Part shown: piece after piece, positions 20,184 to 30,422 of the stretch | How the letters are laid out: every line of letters begins with the position of its first letter | How positions within the stretch are numbered: the stretch's first letter is position 1 | NCBI GenBank assembly: GCA_963706575.1 | Contig: CAVPNL010000018.1 | Location: 96,001 to 160,000, forward strand | Source: an uncultured delta proteobacterium | Lineage (GTDB): Bacteria > Desulfobacterota > Desulfobacteria > Desulfobacterales > JAHEIW01 | Length of the DNA stretch: 64,000 nt | Direction: 5' to 3' | The notes under the pieces: model-generated | The model's input: only the letters and a program-made list of their open reading frames with translations | Database searches by the model: none | Told to the model about the DNA's origin: nothing | Translations under genes and position numbers: made by a program

Positions 20184-21374
20184 TCAAATCCCGGTTTCGG
20201 TATCGGAAACACCCCGGGTAACAAACATCGATGTAATGCTATCCAGATAAACCCGCCCCCGTCGTGTTAACGCGCAACGGCTATTTTTGACTTCAATAAA
20301 ATTTCGTTCTGCAAGATCGGTAATAACTTCTTCAAAGGCCTTAATAAAATCGATCCTAAATTTTGCCTTGAACCCGACCAGATCGATTCCAGCGGTCATT
20401 CTCAAGCCCAGGTAAATGGATTCGATCATTTGCTGTTCCGCGGTGAGGACTTCCTTTTCAGCCACAGTCAACCGGCCGGATTCAATGGCTGCGATATAGG
20501 AACGAACATCTGACACATTCCAGAAGCGCTGCGGTTCGACAAACGAGTGCGCGGAAGGCCCCAGGCCAATGTAAGGTGCAAACGTCCAGTACTTCAGATT
20601 ATGCCTGGAGATGTGCGGCTTTTTGTCTTTTCCGATCCGGGCAAAATTTGATATTTCGTATTGAAAATATTTATGATCTTCCAAATAATCGATGGTGGTT
20701 TCAAAAAGCCTTCGTACCTTATCCTCCGCCAGCGGTTGGACCCGTCCTTGTTTCAGGCCGCTGTGTAGCGCCGTTCCTTTTTCATAGGTGAGCATGTAAC
20801 AGGACAGATGGACGGGATCGTATTCAATGGCCTGTTTCAGGTCCTCGAGCCAATCCGATTTAGATTGATCCGGCAGGCCGTAGATCAAGTCAAGCCCAAT
20901 GTTTTTAAAACCCGCCCGCTGTGCCCCGGTTACGGCGCTACAAGCCTCATTGGCGGTATGGATGCGTCCCAGAAAATCGAGACTTCTCTGATAAAATGAT
21001 TGCACTCCGATATTGATGCGGTTGATGCCGGCCTCGCGGTAGCCATTCAATTGCTCAAGTGACACAGTCCCGGGATTGACCTCAATGGTCATTTCACAAT
21101 CAGGCTGGAAATCAAAATTTTGAGAAACTGCGGAAATGATTCGGCCGATATCATGATATCCATAAACGGACGGTGTCCCGCCGCCGATATAGAGCGTATC
21201 AAAACACAGCCCTTCAGCAGAAACCAGTTCCATTTCAGCGATCAGCGCTTTCAGAAACATCGGCTTCAGCGCCAAATCGGTTACCGAATAAAAATCACAA
21301 TACGGGCATTTCCGCACACAAAACGGAATGTGGATGTATACCCCGGCATTCTGGCTGTATGATAAATTCATCAT
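20184..21374 (-). CDS. hemW: Radical SAM heme chaperone HemW
   Basis: YIHIPFCVRKCPYCDF, GGGTPS, YEISNFA, HNLKYW. Confidence 0.9.
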   Translation of the reverse strand: MMNLSYSQNAGVYIHIPFCVRKCPYCDFYSVTDLALKPMFLKALIAEMELVSAEGLCFDTLYIGGGTPSVYGYHDIGRIISAVSQNFDFQPDCEMTIEVNPGTVSLEQLNGYREAGINRINIGVQSFYQRSLDFLGRIHTANEACSAVTGAQRAGFKNIGLDLIYGLPDQSKSDWLEDLKQAIEYDPVHLSCYMLTYEKGTALHSGLKQGRVQPLAEDKVRRLFETTIDYLEDHKYFQYEISNFARIGKDKKPHISRHNLKYWTFAPYIGLGPSAHSFVEPQRFWNVSDVRSYIAAIESGRLTVAEKEVLTAEQQMIESIYLGLRMTAGIDLVGFKAKFRIDFIKAFEEVITDLAERNFIEVKNSRCALTRRGRVYLDSITSMFVTRGVSDTETGI

Positions 21375-21392
21375 CGTTATAGTTCAGGGAAA

Positions 21393-21719
21393 CTACCGAC
21401 CTCCTAAAAGGTGCAGATGCAGATGAAATATCAACTGCCCCCCGCCCTTTTCCACATTATACAGCAGCTTATAACCGGATTTGGCAACACCCTGTTCCTT
21501 GGCCATTTCTTTGGCCACCAGAATTAATTCGGCCAGAATATCCCGATCTGCTTCGGTAATATCGTTGACACTGCGGATATGCTTTTTGGGAACCAGCAGC
21601 AGGTGAACCGGCGCATGCGGATTGATATCTTTAAATACCACCAGTGTATCGTTTTGGTATAAAAACTCTGTTTCCGTTTGACCCCGGACGATCTGACAGA
21701 AAATACAGCCCTTTTCCAT
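21393..21719 (-). CDS. hinT: Histidine triad nucleotide-binding protein
   Basis: CIFCQI, DINPHAPVHLL, HLHLHLLGG. Confidence 0.92.
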   Translation of the reverse strand: MEKGCIFCQIVRGQTETEFLYQNDTLVVFKDINPHAPVHLLLVPKKHIRSVNDITEADRDILAELILVAKEMAKEQGVAKSGYKLLYNVEKGGGQLIFHLHLHLLGGR

Positions 21720-22078
21720 TCTCGAACAACCTCCTCTTCAACGCTCATCCTGTTTGCGAATTACCCTTATTGTTTTAAGAATCTGTAATCTAAACGGAAT
21801 ATTCAGCTTCTGTCAAGCCGATGCGATCTGAAAAGGAATTATGTCCATTTTATATTATGGCTCACGCAAAGCCGCTAAGCCGCAAAGAATGATAATCTAA
21901 ACAAAAAAAACAGGCAACAGGCTTGAAATCATAGACATGAAATGATAATTAAATGCCCTTTTGACCGCAAAACAGAAACATTGATCAGCGTGCGCAAAGC
22001 TTTTGATTTAACCGGAACCGACCTGTTTGATGTCATGGTGATATGGTGATATAGCGAAACAATGGGTAAGGAGATACT

Positions 22079-24196
22079 ATGATCGAGGGTGTTATTTTTA
22101 TGCTCGGTTTGGGAATTGTCTGTGCGGCGATATTAACAGCGGCATCCCGAATCTTTTATGTATATGAGGATCCGCGTATTACCAGGGTGGAGGCCTGTTT
22201 TGCTGGAGCCAATTGCGGTGGATGCGGCTATACCGGGTGTTCGGCTGCAGCAGTAGCGGTTGTGGCCGGCGAAGCCGACCCCAGTGTTTGCATCGTCGGC
22301 GGTGCAGAATCGGCGACCAAGGCGGCCGAAGTCATGGGTGTCGAAGTCGGCCTGGCCGAGTCGCCTAAATCATTTAATCCCTGCAGCGGCGGCCTGCGAG
22401 CTGCCGATAAATATGTTTACCTGGGCGTCAACACCTGCAGAGCACAGGCGGCCATGTCCGGTGGCCAGCGGGCCTGTGCCGTTGGATGCATCGGGCTTGG
22501 AGACTGTGTCAGTGCCTGTCAATTCGATGCCATAAAAATGGGCCGCGAAGGGTACCCGGTAGTGGATGAAGAAAAATGTGTCGGGTGCGGTGTCTGTGAA
22601 ACGGTTTGCCCCAAGTATGTCATGAAGGTCAAAACCATGTCCGAACGTCTGATGCATTTCAATTGCAGTGATGATCGCCTGGCGCCCTGCCGTCAGACCT
22701 GCCCGGCTGAAATTGATATCCCCCAGTACGTCGCTCAGATCCGCGCGGGCGATTACGAAGGCGCTGTCAACACCATCCGGGAGCGCAATCCTTTCCTGCT
22801 TTCCTGCGGCCGCGTCTGTCCGCACCCCTGTGAGACGAACTGTCGCCGCGGAATCGAAGATGAGCCGGTGTCCATCAATCAACTGAAACGCTTTGTTGCC
22901 GATTATGAGATGAATTCCGGAGAACGCCTGCCGATAGCGACGGCACCGCAAACCCGCAAACGCATCGCGGTTATCGGCGGCGGGCCGGCCGGATTGACCT
23001 GTGCCTATTTCCTGAGGCGACTGGGCCATCAGGTCAATATTTTTGAGGCCATGCCGAAATTGGGGGGCATGCTGCGCTATGGCATCCCTGAGTACCGCCT
23101 GCCAAAAGAAGTGCTGGACTGGGAAATCCAGAGCATTCTGGATCTGGGCGTCGATTTTCACACCAACGTCAAATTCGGCCATGATTTTGACTTGAGCTCA
23201 CTGGTCGCATCCGGATTCGACGCCATCTTCATGGGCATCGGGGCATGGAAAGATGCCAGCCTGCGCGTAGAGGGGGAAGATCTCAAAGGCTGCTACACCG
23301 GAATTGATTTTCTGTCCCGGCTGGCCGGTGGAGAAACCTTTTCACTCGGCCGCACGGCCGCAGTTATCGGCGGCGGCAACACCGCCATAGACTGTACCCG
23401 CAATCTGATTCGCCTGGGGGTGGAGAAGGTGTATATTGTTTACCGCCGCACCCGCGGGGAAATGCCCGCCAATGAGGTCGAAATCGATGCGGCTGAGCAC
23501 GAAGGCGTTGAATTTTTGTTTCTGGCGGCCCCCTTACAGGTTAAAGGCGATGATGACGGCACTGTCACCCATCTGGAGTATCTAAAAATGGAGCTGGGGG
23601 AACCGGATGCCAGCGGGCGACGCCGGCCGGTTCCCATCGAAGGTTCTGAAACGCTGCTTGAAACCGACGTGGTCATTACCGCCATCGGCCAATCCCCTGA
23701 TGTTTCCTTTACCGAGCGATCGAAAAAACGTCTGGCGGAGCTGAATACCACGCGTTGGAATACGATCGATGTAGATCCGGCAACACTGCAGTCCAACATT
23801 CCGTACCTGTTTGCCGCCGGCGATGCTGCCACCGGACCTTCTTTGGTGGTCGAAGCCATTGGCGGCGGACGACGGGCCGCCCGCTCGATCCACCAATATA
23901 TTATGGGACAACAAGTGAGTGCCCAGACAAGAGAATTAGGCAAGGACTTGATCGCTGAAACGATATTTGATCAGGTGGATGGGGTCATCAAAAATACCAG
24001 AGCACCGATGCCGGAATTGGCGGTTGAAGAACGGATATATTCATTTATTGAGGTAGATCAGGCACTTACAGAGGATTCCGCCAGGGGTGAAAGCAACCGC
24101 TGTCTGTCCTGCTGCCTGACCTGTTATAACCCGGACACGGCTGCAAACACTGCAGCAAGCATCAAAGATAAGGGCACGGAAAGTGAAGTAGCGTAA
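22079..24196 (+). CDS. rnfB: RnfB fused to a GltD/NfnB-like FAD/NAD(P) oxidoreductase
   Basis: N-terminal TM, GANCGGCGYTGC, 2x[4Fe-4S]; then APCRQTCP...GRVCPHPCE, GGGPAG, GGGNTAID, AAGD. Confidence 0.9.
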   Translation: MIEGVIFMLGLGIVCAAILTAASRIFYVYEDPRITRVEACFAGANCGGCGYTGCSAAAVAVVAGEADPSVCIVGGAESATKAAEVMGVEVGLAESPKSFNPCSGGLRAADKYVYLGVNTCRAQAAMSGGQRACAVGCIGLGDCVSACQFDAIKMGREGYPVVDEEKCVGCGVCETVCPKYVMKVKTMSERLMHFNCSDDRLAPCRQTCPAEIDIPQYVAQIRAGDYEGAVNTIRERNPFLLSCGRVCPHPCETNCRRGIEDEPVSINQLKRFVADYEMNSGERLPIATAPQTRKRIAVIGGGPAGLTCAYFLRRLGHQVNIFEAMPKLGGMLRYGIPEYRLPKEVLDWEIQSILDLGVDFHTNVKFGHDFDLSSLVASGFDAIFMGIGAWKDASLRVEGEDLKGCYTGIDFLSRLAGGETFSLGRTAAVIGGGNTAIDCTRNLIRLGVEKVYIVYRRTRGEMPANEVEIDAAEHEGVEFLFLAAPLQVKGDDDGTVTHLEYLKMELGEPDASGRRRPVPIEGSETLLETDVVITAIGQSPDVSFTERSKKRLAELNTTRWNTIDVDPATLQSNIPYLFAAGDAATGPSLVVEAIGGGRRAARSIHQYIMGQQVSAQTRELGKDLIAETIFDQVDGVIKNTRAPMPELAVEERIYSFIEVDQALTEDSARGESNRCLSCCLTCYNPDTAANTAASIKDKGTESEVA

Positions 24197-24290
24197 ATCA
24201 ATTGCGGATTGCAGATTGTAATACCGCATAAGCTATGATTTTAAAATCCGAAATCCGCAATCCAAAATCCAAAATCAGAGGGAGGACCTC

Positions 24291-25037
24291 ATGGGTGGTC
24301 TGGATTTTTTAGAGAAGGTCGACATCTTCAAGGGGCTCAATAAAGACCAGTTGAAGGCGGTCAATAAAGGCGGGCGGGAAAAACAATACCTTTATGGGGA
24401 CAGATTGTTTGCCGAAGGTGAAAATGCCGACCGCATCTGGCTGGTAATCGACGGGCAGGTCGACCTGAGATTTGATTTGCCGGGGCGCCCCACATCCGAA
24501 GAGAATACCATATTTTCGATTACCGCCCTCCAAACTTTAGGTTGGTCAAGCTTTGTGCCACCCTTCAAATATGCGCTTTCCGCTTACAGTGCCACCAAAA
24601 GCTGCAAAATCCTGCAGATCAACAAAGATCATCTTCTGGAATGTTTTGAAAAAGATTCCCGTATGGGGTTGAAGTTTATGACCAATGTGGCGGAAATTAC
24701 CAGCGGCCATTTTGATCGATTACAGAAATCCGCAACCGTTTCGCCGGTGGCTAAGGTCAAAATTACCGTTCATATGTCAACCTGTGGAATTGCTGCCGGT
24801 GCCCGTCAGGTGATGAGTGCACTGGTGGAAGAAATTTCCCGCTCGGACCGGCCGGATATCGAGGTTGCCAGTTCAGGGTGCATCGGTCATTGTAAAGACG
24901 AACCCAACATTACAGTCGAAATTGGCGGCGGTGATCCGGTGATTTATCAAAAAATGACTCCCGACAAAATGCGGCAGGTATTTCAAAAGCATATTCTGGG
25001 AGGCAATGTGCAGACCGAGTTTGTACTAGTCCAATAA
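24291..25037 (+). CDS. cNMP-binding domain fused to a thioredoxin-like [2Fe-2S] ferredoxin (HndB-like) domain
   Basis: LFAEGENAD..WLVIDGQV...LGWSS; then HMSTCGIAAGA and SGCIGHCKDEP. Confidence 0.85.
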   Translation: MGGLDFLEKVDIFKGLNKDQLKAVNKGGREKQYLYGDRLFAEGENADRIWLVIDGQVDLRFDLPGRPTSEENTIFSITALQTLGWSSFVPPFKYALSAYSATKSCKILQINKDHLLECFEKDSRMGLKFMTNVAEITSGHFDRLQKSATVSPVAKVKITVHMSTCGIAAGARQVMSALVEEISRSDRPDIEVASSGCIGHCKDEPNITVEIGGGDPVIYQKMTPDKMRQVFQKHILGGNVQTEFVLVQ

Positions 25038-25051
25038 CAAAGGGGGCTCTC

Positions 25052-25534
25052 ATGATCAGTCTCGATTTTCTGGAAAATGTCGAAGCGTTTAGCGACCTGG
25101 ATGACGATCAATTAACGGCGATACAAAGCTGTTGTGAAATCGCTGAATTTAAGCGCGGAGTAGAGATCTTTGCTGCCGGAGAAACCCCTGAATATTTTTG
25201 GGTTGTGCTTGAAGGACAGGTAAATTTGACCTGGGATGCGATGGAAGGTCCAGCTTTGGCGGAAAACACCATCACGACCCTGTCGGAGGGGATGCCTTTT
25301 GGCTGGTCAAGTCTGGTGCCACCCTATAAATATCACCTTTCAGCCCATAGCGCTTCGCGCAATTGCAAAACCGTCAGGATTCCAAAGGGCCGCCTCCTGC
25401 AACTGTTCGAAGATGACGCCCAACTGGGCTATAAAGTCATGTCAAAAGTGATGATTGTCGCCGGAAAACGCTTTCATCTGCTCCAGGATGAAGTTGCCAG
25501 GCGCAGAGGGCATGATATTATCAATCGGTGGTAG
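25052..25534 (+). CDS. Stand-alone cNMP-binding domain protein (no HTH)
   Basis: IFAAGE...VVLEGQV...FGWSSLVPPYKY; paralogous to the preceding N-terminal domain. Confidence 0.88.
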   Translation: MISLDFLENVEAFSDLDDDQLTAIQSCCEIAEFKRGVEIFAAGETPEYFWVVLEGQVNLTWDAMEGPALAENTITTLSEGMPFGWSSLVPPYKYHLSAHSASRNCKTVRIPKGRLLQLFEDDAQLGYKVMSKVMIVAGKRFHLLQDEVARRRGHDIINRW

Positions 25535-25568
25535 CCACTATAAGTATTTAAAAATTTTATAATAAACT

Positions 25569-25586
25569 TTGTTAACTCTTTACCAA
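25569..25586 (+). promoter_or_regulatory. Possible Rex box upstream of the cytochrome-rnfCDGEA promoter
   Basis: TTGTTAACTCTTTACCAA versus TTGTGAA-N4-TTCACAA (3 mismatches), just upstream of a TTGAAA -35-like hexamer. Confidence 0.35.
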
Positions 25587-25681
25587 AAATACCTTGAAAC
25601 CTGAACCACATTATGGTAGTCGGTGCATGGTTTTTTCAGGCATGAATTTGACAGGCAACGCAAACGAGATACGGAAATAAA

Positions 25682-26134
25682 ATGTTCTCAAAAAAAGAAT
25701 TGAAGCTGGCATATGGAGTGGCCGTCTGCTTGTTGGTCATCGGCGCTATCAGTTACGCCGCCTTTCCCTTAAAGGCACCCGAAGAGCCGCTGCGCTTAAT
25801 GTACACTGTTGCGGCAGGCAACGTGCTGTTTAATCACCAAATACACACTACCGAGGAAGGTTACGGCATGTCGTGTTTTGATTGCCATCACCACCCTGAA
25901 GACGACGAGTCTTCGCTGATGGCCTGCGGTGCCTGCCATCTGACACCGGCAGCAGCAAAAAAAGCAGAAGAAAAAGGAAAGGTCAATCAAACATGCCTGG
26001 ACTGTCATGATCAATCTGAAATTGAAGATTCAGAAAGGGTCACCCGAGGCGACGCCTTCCATCTCCAGTGTATCAACTGCCACAAGGACTTTGAAGCCGG
26101 ACCGATTGAGTGCACGGGCTGCCATGCATTGTAG
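25682..26134 (+). CDS. Membrane-anchored class III (c3-type) multiheme cytochrome, 5 CxxCH
   Basis: CFDCHH, CGACH, CLDCH, CINCH, CTGCH; N-terminal TM. Confidence 0.92.
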   Translation: MFSKKELKLAYGVAVCLLVIGAISYAAFPLKAPEEPLRLMYTVAAGNVLFNHQIHTTEEGYGMSCFDCHHHPEDDESSLMACGACHLTPAAAKKAEEKGKVNQTCLDCHDQSEIEDSERVTRGDAFHLQCINCHKDFEAGPIECTGCHAL

Positions 26135-26202
26135 AATGTAATTTTGGAGATAATCAAAACACGATCGACTGCTGTATCTGACATACCGAAAAAGGTTGAA
26201 TC

Positions 26203-27486
26203 ATGATCAAAAAAGCATTTTGGGGTTTATCAACTCCACAGATTAATTATGAAATGCTTCCTGTTCACCTCCCGGAGACAGAGAAGATTCCGACCCCGCA
26301 GCGCATCACCCTATTCCATCCAAAAAATGATGCCCTTAACGTACCATCGGCATTGGGGGTCGGTGATCCGGTAAAGACCGGCGAGAAATTGTCTCTCTAT
26401 GCGGATCAAAACGATTATGTGATTTCACCGGTTACCGGTAAGATCGCCGCCCTTTCGCCATACACCGGTGATTTCGGAAAAAGCTATATTGCCATCACCA
26501 TTGCGCCTGACGGCAACGAAATTATCGACGATACATTCCAACAGCAGATTCAAAATCCAACCATGGAGCTGTTGTCCGAGTATCTGACCGGCGCACCGGG
26601 CAATCCGCCTTTGAGCCTGCTAGCAGATTCCAACGGCGGCATTAACACCATTATCATCCGCGGCCTGGATCCGGATCCGACGGTGGCAACCAGCCAGTAC
26701 ATCGCTCAATCCCGGTTTAATGACCTCAAAAAAGGGATCCAAATTTTAAAAGAGGTTGCCGATGTGCGCGACATTATTCTGATCACCGCCGGTGAGTCTG
26801 TACAGGGCTACGGGCACATCGGGGCACAGGTTAAAGGCGTAAAAACCACTTATCCGTCCGCCCTGCCCCATATGGTGATGAAAGACGTTCTGGGCCGGGT
26901 GGTGCCGGCCGGTAAAACCTGTGAAGATTTGGGCGTGTGCTTTTTCACGGCCGAGGCGGTGATATCCATCGGCAGCGCCTTTGAATCCGGGCAGTTACCG
27001 ACATCCAAGACATTAACTTTTATCAAAAAGGACGGGACCCAAAAAATCATAGAGGCCAGCATCGGCACTCCCATCGTAGATATCCTGGAAGCCTATGGTG
27101 AAACCATAAACGAATTTGACCGCATTATTTTGGGCGGCCCCATGACCGGATCGGCCGTTTATGCGCTGGAGCATCCGGTCCGGCCGGATACGGATTCCAT
27201 CATCGTGGTAGATCGGGATAAGGCCGCGTATGCATCCGATTACCCCTGCACAAACTGTGGTGAATGTATACGAACCTGCCCGGCAAAAATTCAGGTGAGC
27301 ATGCTGGTGCGATTTCTTGAAGCAAACCATTATGAGGAGGCAGCGGACAGTTACGATTTGCACTCGTGTATTGAATGTGGCCTGTGCAGCTACGTATGCG
27401 TGTCCATGATACCGATCTTCCAATATATCAAGTTGGCAAAATACGAGTTGGAGCGCGCTAAAACTCCGGAGGCAGCAGATGCTTGA
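26203..27486 (+). CDS. rnfC: RnfC-like subunit with degenerate FMN/NADH motifs
   Basis: SPVTGKI, GGPMTG, CTNCGECIRTCP and CIECGLCSYVC; position in the operon. Confidence 0.85.
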   Translation: MIKKAFWGLSTPQINYEMLPVHLPETEKIPTPQRITLFHPKNDALNVPSALGVGDPVKTGEKLSLYADQNDYVISPVTGKIAALSPYTGDFGKSYIAITIAPDGNEIIDDTFQQQIQNPTMELLSEYLTGAPGNPPLSLLADSNGGINTIIIRGLDPDPTVATSQYIAQSRFNDLKKGIQILKEVADVRDIILITAGESVQGYGHIGAQVKGVKTTYPSALPHMVMKDVLGRVVPAGKTCEDLGVCFFTAEAVISIGSAFESGQLPTSKTLTFIKKDGTQKIIEASIGTPIVDILEAYGETINEFDRIILGGPMTGSAVYALEHPVRPDTDSIIVVDRDKAAYASDYPCTNCGECIRTCPAKIQVSMLVRFLEANHYEEAADSYDLHSCIECGLCSYVCVSMIPIFQYIKLAKYELERAKTPEAADA

Positions 27487-28475
27487 GAAAAGAGATGTGC
27501 TTGAGCAGCAAACACCCCTTGCACAGAAAAAACTGATTGTTTCCCACGCACCGTTCTATCACAGCGGGCACAGGGTAACCGAACGCAGCTATCACATCAT
27601 GCTGGCGGCCCTGCCGGCACTTTTGATGGGTTTTTATCATTACGGCATGCCGGCCTTCAGCGTGGTCTGTCTGTCGATTTCCACCGCCATTATCTGGGAA
27701 CTGCTCTTCAACCTGGTGGCTAAAAGAACCATCACCATCGGTGACGGAAATGCCGCGGTGCTCGGGCTGCTGTTTGCCATGCTCGTTCCGGCCACTATGC
27801 CCTGGTGGGCGGTGATCACCGGAACCTTTCTGGTCATCGTTATCGGCAAACAGATATTCGGCGGCATCGGCAGCAATGCTTTTCACCCGGTGGCGCTGGC
27901 CATTGCCATGATGCTGCTGTCCTGGAATCATCTCTTCGACTTTGACGCCGCACTGTTAAATTACGACCTCGAGTTTGCCACGATTTATCCATTGGCTTCC
28001 GCAAAGTATTTTGGTGCCGCCTCGGTTGAGGCATTCAAATTGACCGATCTTCTAATGGGCCGGCAGCTCGGCGGCATCGGCTCGACCTTCGGTCTGGGGC
28101 TTTTGATCGGCGGGATTTATCTCATGCTGAGGGGGTTTATCCGCTGGGAAATATGCGCTCACGTTTCTGGCCGGAATATATTTGGCCGCATTTGTGTTTA
28201 ACCTGTTCGATCCGGCCCGATTTGCGCCTCCGGCCTTTCACCTGTTAACCGGCTATACCCTCATCGGCGCTTTTTTTCTGGCCACCGAGGATTCATCCTC
28301 ACCGGTAAATTTCGTATCTATGCTCATTTACGGAGCTGCCGGCGGAATCATGACCGTGCTGATCCGCAATATCGGTGCCTGGGTTGACGGCGTCATTTTA
28401 GCCATCCTGGTGATCAACCTGATTAGCCCGCTGCTGGATAAAATCAGACCCGAAGCGCTCGGAAAGGTTGGATAA
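27479..28475 (+). CDS. rnfD: RnfD (frameshift near 28155-28180)
   Basis: Two overlapping ORFs give the N- and C-parts: KQIFGGIG..AFHP; GAFFLATE...LIRNIG. Confidence 0.88.
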
Positions 28476-28476
28476 T

Positions 28477-29074
28477 ATGCGTGAAATGATAAAAATGCTG
28501 GTTGTTCTTACAATTCTGGCCACCTTATCCGGAGGGCTGCTGGCGGCCATCCGCGACAACACCAAAGACCGCATTGAAAACCAGGTTCTCGAATTTGTAC
28601 AAAGGTCCGGCCATTGAATCCATACTAAAAGGGGCGACTAATGAACCCATCGTTGACCGCTTTCAAATAAAAGACGGTGATGTGGAGCGCACCTTTTTTG
28701 TGGGTGTTATGGATGGGGAACCGCGCGCCGTTGCTTTCGAGACATTCGGTAAAGGTGGCTATGGCGGTGATGTGGGGCTGATGGTCGGTATTAATATCAA
28801 AGACGACAAGCTGTTAGGGGTCGGGGTGACCACCCACGCCGAAACACCGGGCATGGGCGCCAAGGCCAAAACCGATCCGAGTTTTGTGGCCCAATTCAAA
28901 GATCTGCCGTTAGCGGAGCCGGTTAACGTCACCGGAGACGGCGGCACCATCAATGCCATCAGTGGCGCCACCCTGACATCACGGGCGGTATGTTCGGCAA
29001 CGAATGATGCCGCAAAAATATTTGAAAAACTAAAACCCCAGCTCACCGACAAGCTGAAAGAATTCAATAAATAG
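28477..29074 (+). CDS. rnfG: RnfG (frameshift near 28590-28600)
   Basis: ATG at 28477 MREMIKMLVVLT; downstream frame GYGG, HAETPGMG, AISGATLTS (FMN-Thr motif). Confidence 0.9.
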
Positions 29075-29084
29075 GGAGAGATGG

Positions 29085-29690
29085 ATGGCCCGATCAATTG
29101 TACAGGAATTTACCAAAGGCTTATGGGATGAAATTCCGCCATTTCGTTTGGTACTGGGCCTGTGTCCGGTTCTGGCGGTAACCAAGTCCGTGGAAAACGG
29201 AATCGGAATGGGCGTTGCCACTACCTTTGTGCTGGTGTGTTCCAATGTGCTGGTCTCATCCCTGCGCAAAGTCATCCCGGCAAAGGTCAGAATCGCCTGC
29301 TATATCATCATTATCGCCACCTTTGTGACGGTTGTGGAACTGGTGATGCAGGCCTTTACCTATCCGCTCTTCCTTAAACTGGGAATTTTTATTCCGCTCA
29401 TTGTCGTCAACTGTATTGTGCTGGGCCGTTCGGAAGCCTTTGCCTCCAAAAACGGCATATTTCGATCCCTGCTGGATGGACTGGGCATCGGTATCGGGTT
29501 TACCCTGTCTCTCAGCGCCCTGGCGGCCGTGCGCGAGCTGATCGGAACCGGCGATTTGACGATCTGGGAAAAACCGATCCAGGTTTTCGGGCCTTCATAC
29601 CAACCGTTTTCATTTATGGTCGAAGCGCCCGGCGCTTTTGTCGCCCTGGGTTTGATGCTTTGTTTGATGAATCTGGTGGGTAAAAAATAG
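29085..29690 (+). CDS. rnfE: RnfE
   Basis: LGLCPVLAVT, FIPLIVVNCIVLGR, PGAF. Confidence 0.95.
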   Translation: MARSIVQEFTKGLWDEIPPFRLVLGLCPVLAVTKSVENGIGMGVATTFVLVCSNVLVSSLRKVIPAKVRIACYIIIIATFVTVVELVMQAFTYPLFLKLGIFIPLIVVNCIVLGRSEAFASKNGIFRSLLDGLGIGIGFTLSLSALAAVRELIGTGDLTIWEKPIQVFGPSYQPFSFMVEAPGAFVALGLMLCLMNLVGKK

Positions 29691-29700
29691 GAGTTCATAT

Positions 29701-30276
29701 ATGGGCGATTTAATCGTTCTGGCAATCAGCTGCATCCTGATAAACAATATTCTGCTGGCCCAGTATCTGGGCAACTGCCCCTTTCTGGGAACATCCAAGA
29801 AAATGGAAACCGCCATCGGCATGGCCATGGCGGTCGTCTTTGTGCTGGTGATGGCCGGGGTGATTACCTGGATTACAAACACCTATTTTCTGAAGAAACT
29901 GGGTCTTGAATATCTGCGCACCGTGGCCTTTATCCTGGTCATTGCCTCCCTGGTGCAGTTTGTGGAGATGTTTCTTAAAAAGAGCATCCCGGCCCTGTAT
30001 GCCGGCCTCGGCATCTTCCTGCCGCTGATTACAACCAACTGTGCGGTCATGGGCGTCTGTCTGATCAACGTCAACGAAGAATACAATTTTCTGCAGGCGC
30101 TGGTGGCTTCCTTCGGCTATGCCGTCGGATTCGGCCTGGCATTGATTCTGTTTGCCGGTGTTCGCGAACGCATTCTTATCGCCCGGGTCCCCCGGCCGCT
30201 GCAGGACACCTCCATCGCCCTGGTTACCGCCGGAATCCTGTCGCTCACCTTTATGGCTTTCAAGGGGATGGTATAA
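29701..30276 (+). CDS. rnfA: RnfA
   Basis: LGNCPFLG, LGIFLPLITTNCAVMG. Confidence 0.95.
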   Translation: MGDLIVLAISCILINNILLAQYLGNCPFLGTSKKMETAIGMAMAVVFVLVMAGVITWITNTYFLKKLGLEYLRTVAFILVIASLVQFVEMFLKKSIPALYAGLGIFLPLITTNCAVMGVCLINVNEEYNFLQALVASFGYAVGFGLALILFAGVRERILIARVPRPLQDTSIALVTAGILSLTFMAFKGMV

Positions 30277-30301
30277 TCGTTCAGGGTTCAAAGGTTCAAG
30301 G

Positions 30302-30400
30302 TTTTGTTCGATAGCAAGGCGCAATCCGATTCGAAAGCGGAGCGCACACGATAGTACGTGAGCATTTTGAATCGGATTGCAACGCAGCTATCGGGCAAAA
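30302..30400 (+). repeat. ERIC/IRU-like nested stem-loop element, copy 1
   Basis: 14-bp and 16-bp stems separated by AAGGCG / CAACGCA; apical GGAGCGCACACG..GTACGTGAG. Confidence 0.7.
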
Positions 30401-30422
30401 GATGGTGCTTTAATTCCAGTTT

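Noticed and set aside
16931..30276. Selenocysteine (UGA) recoding in genes near selB
   Set aside because: The broken genes change frame rather than read through TGA; no in-frame TGA at a Cys position with a SECIS-like hairpin was noticed
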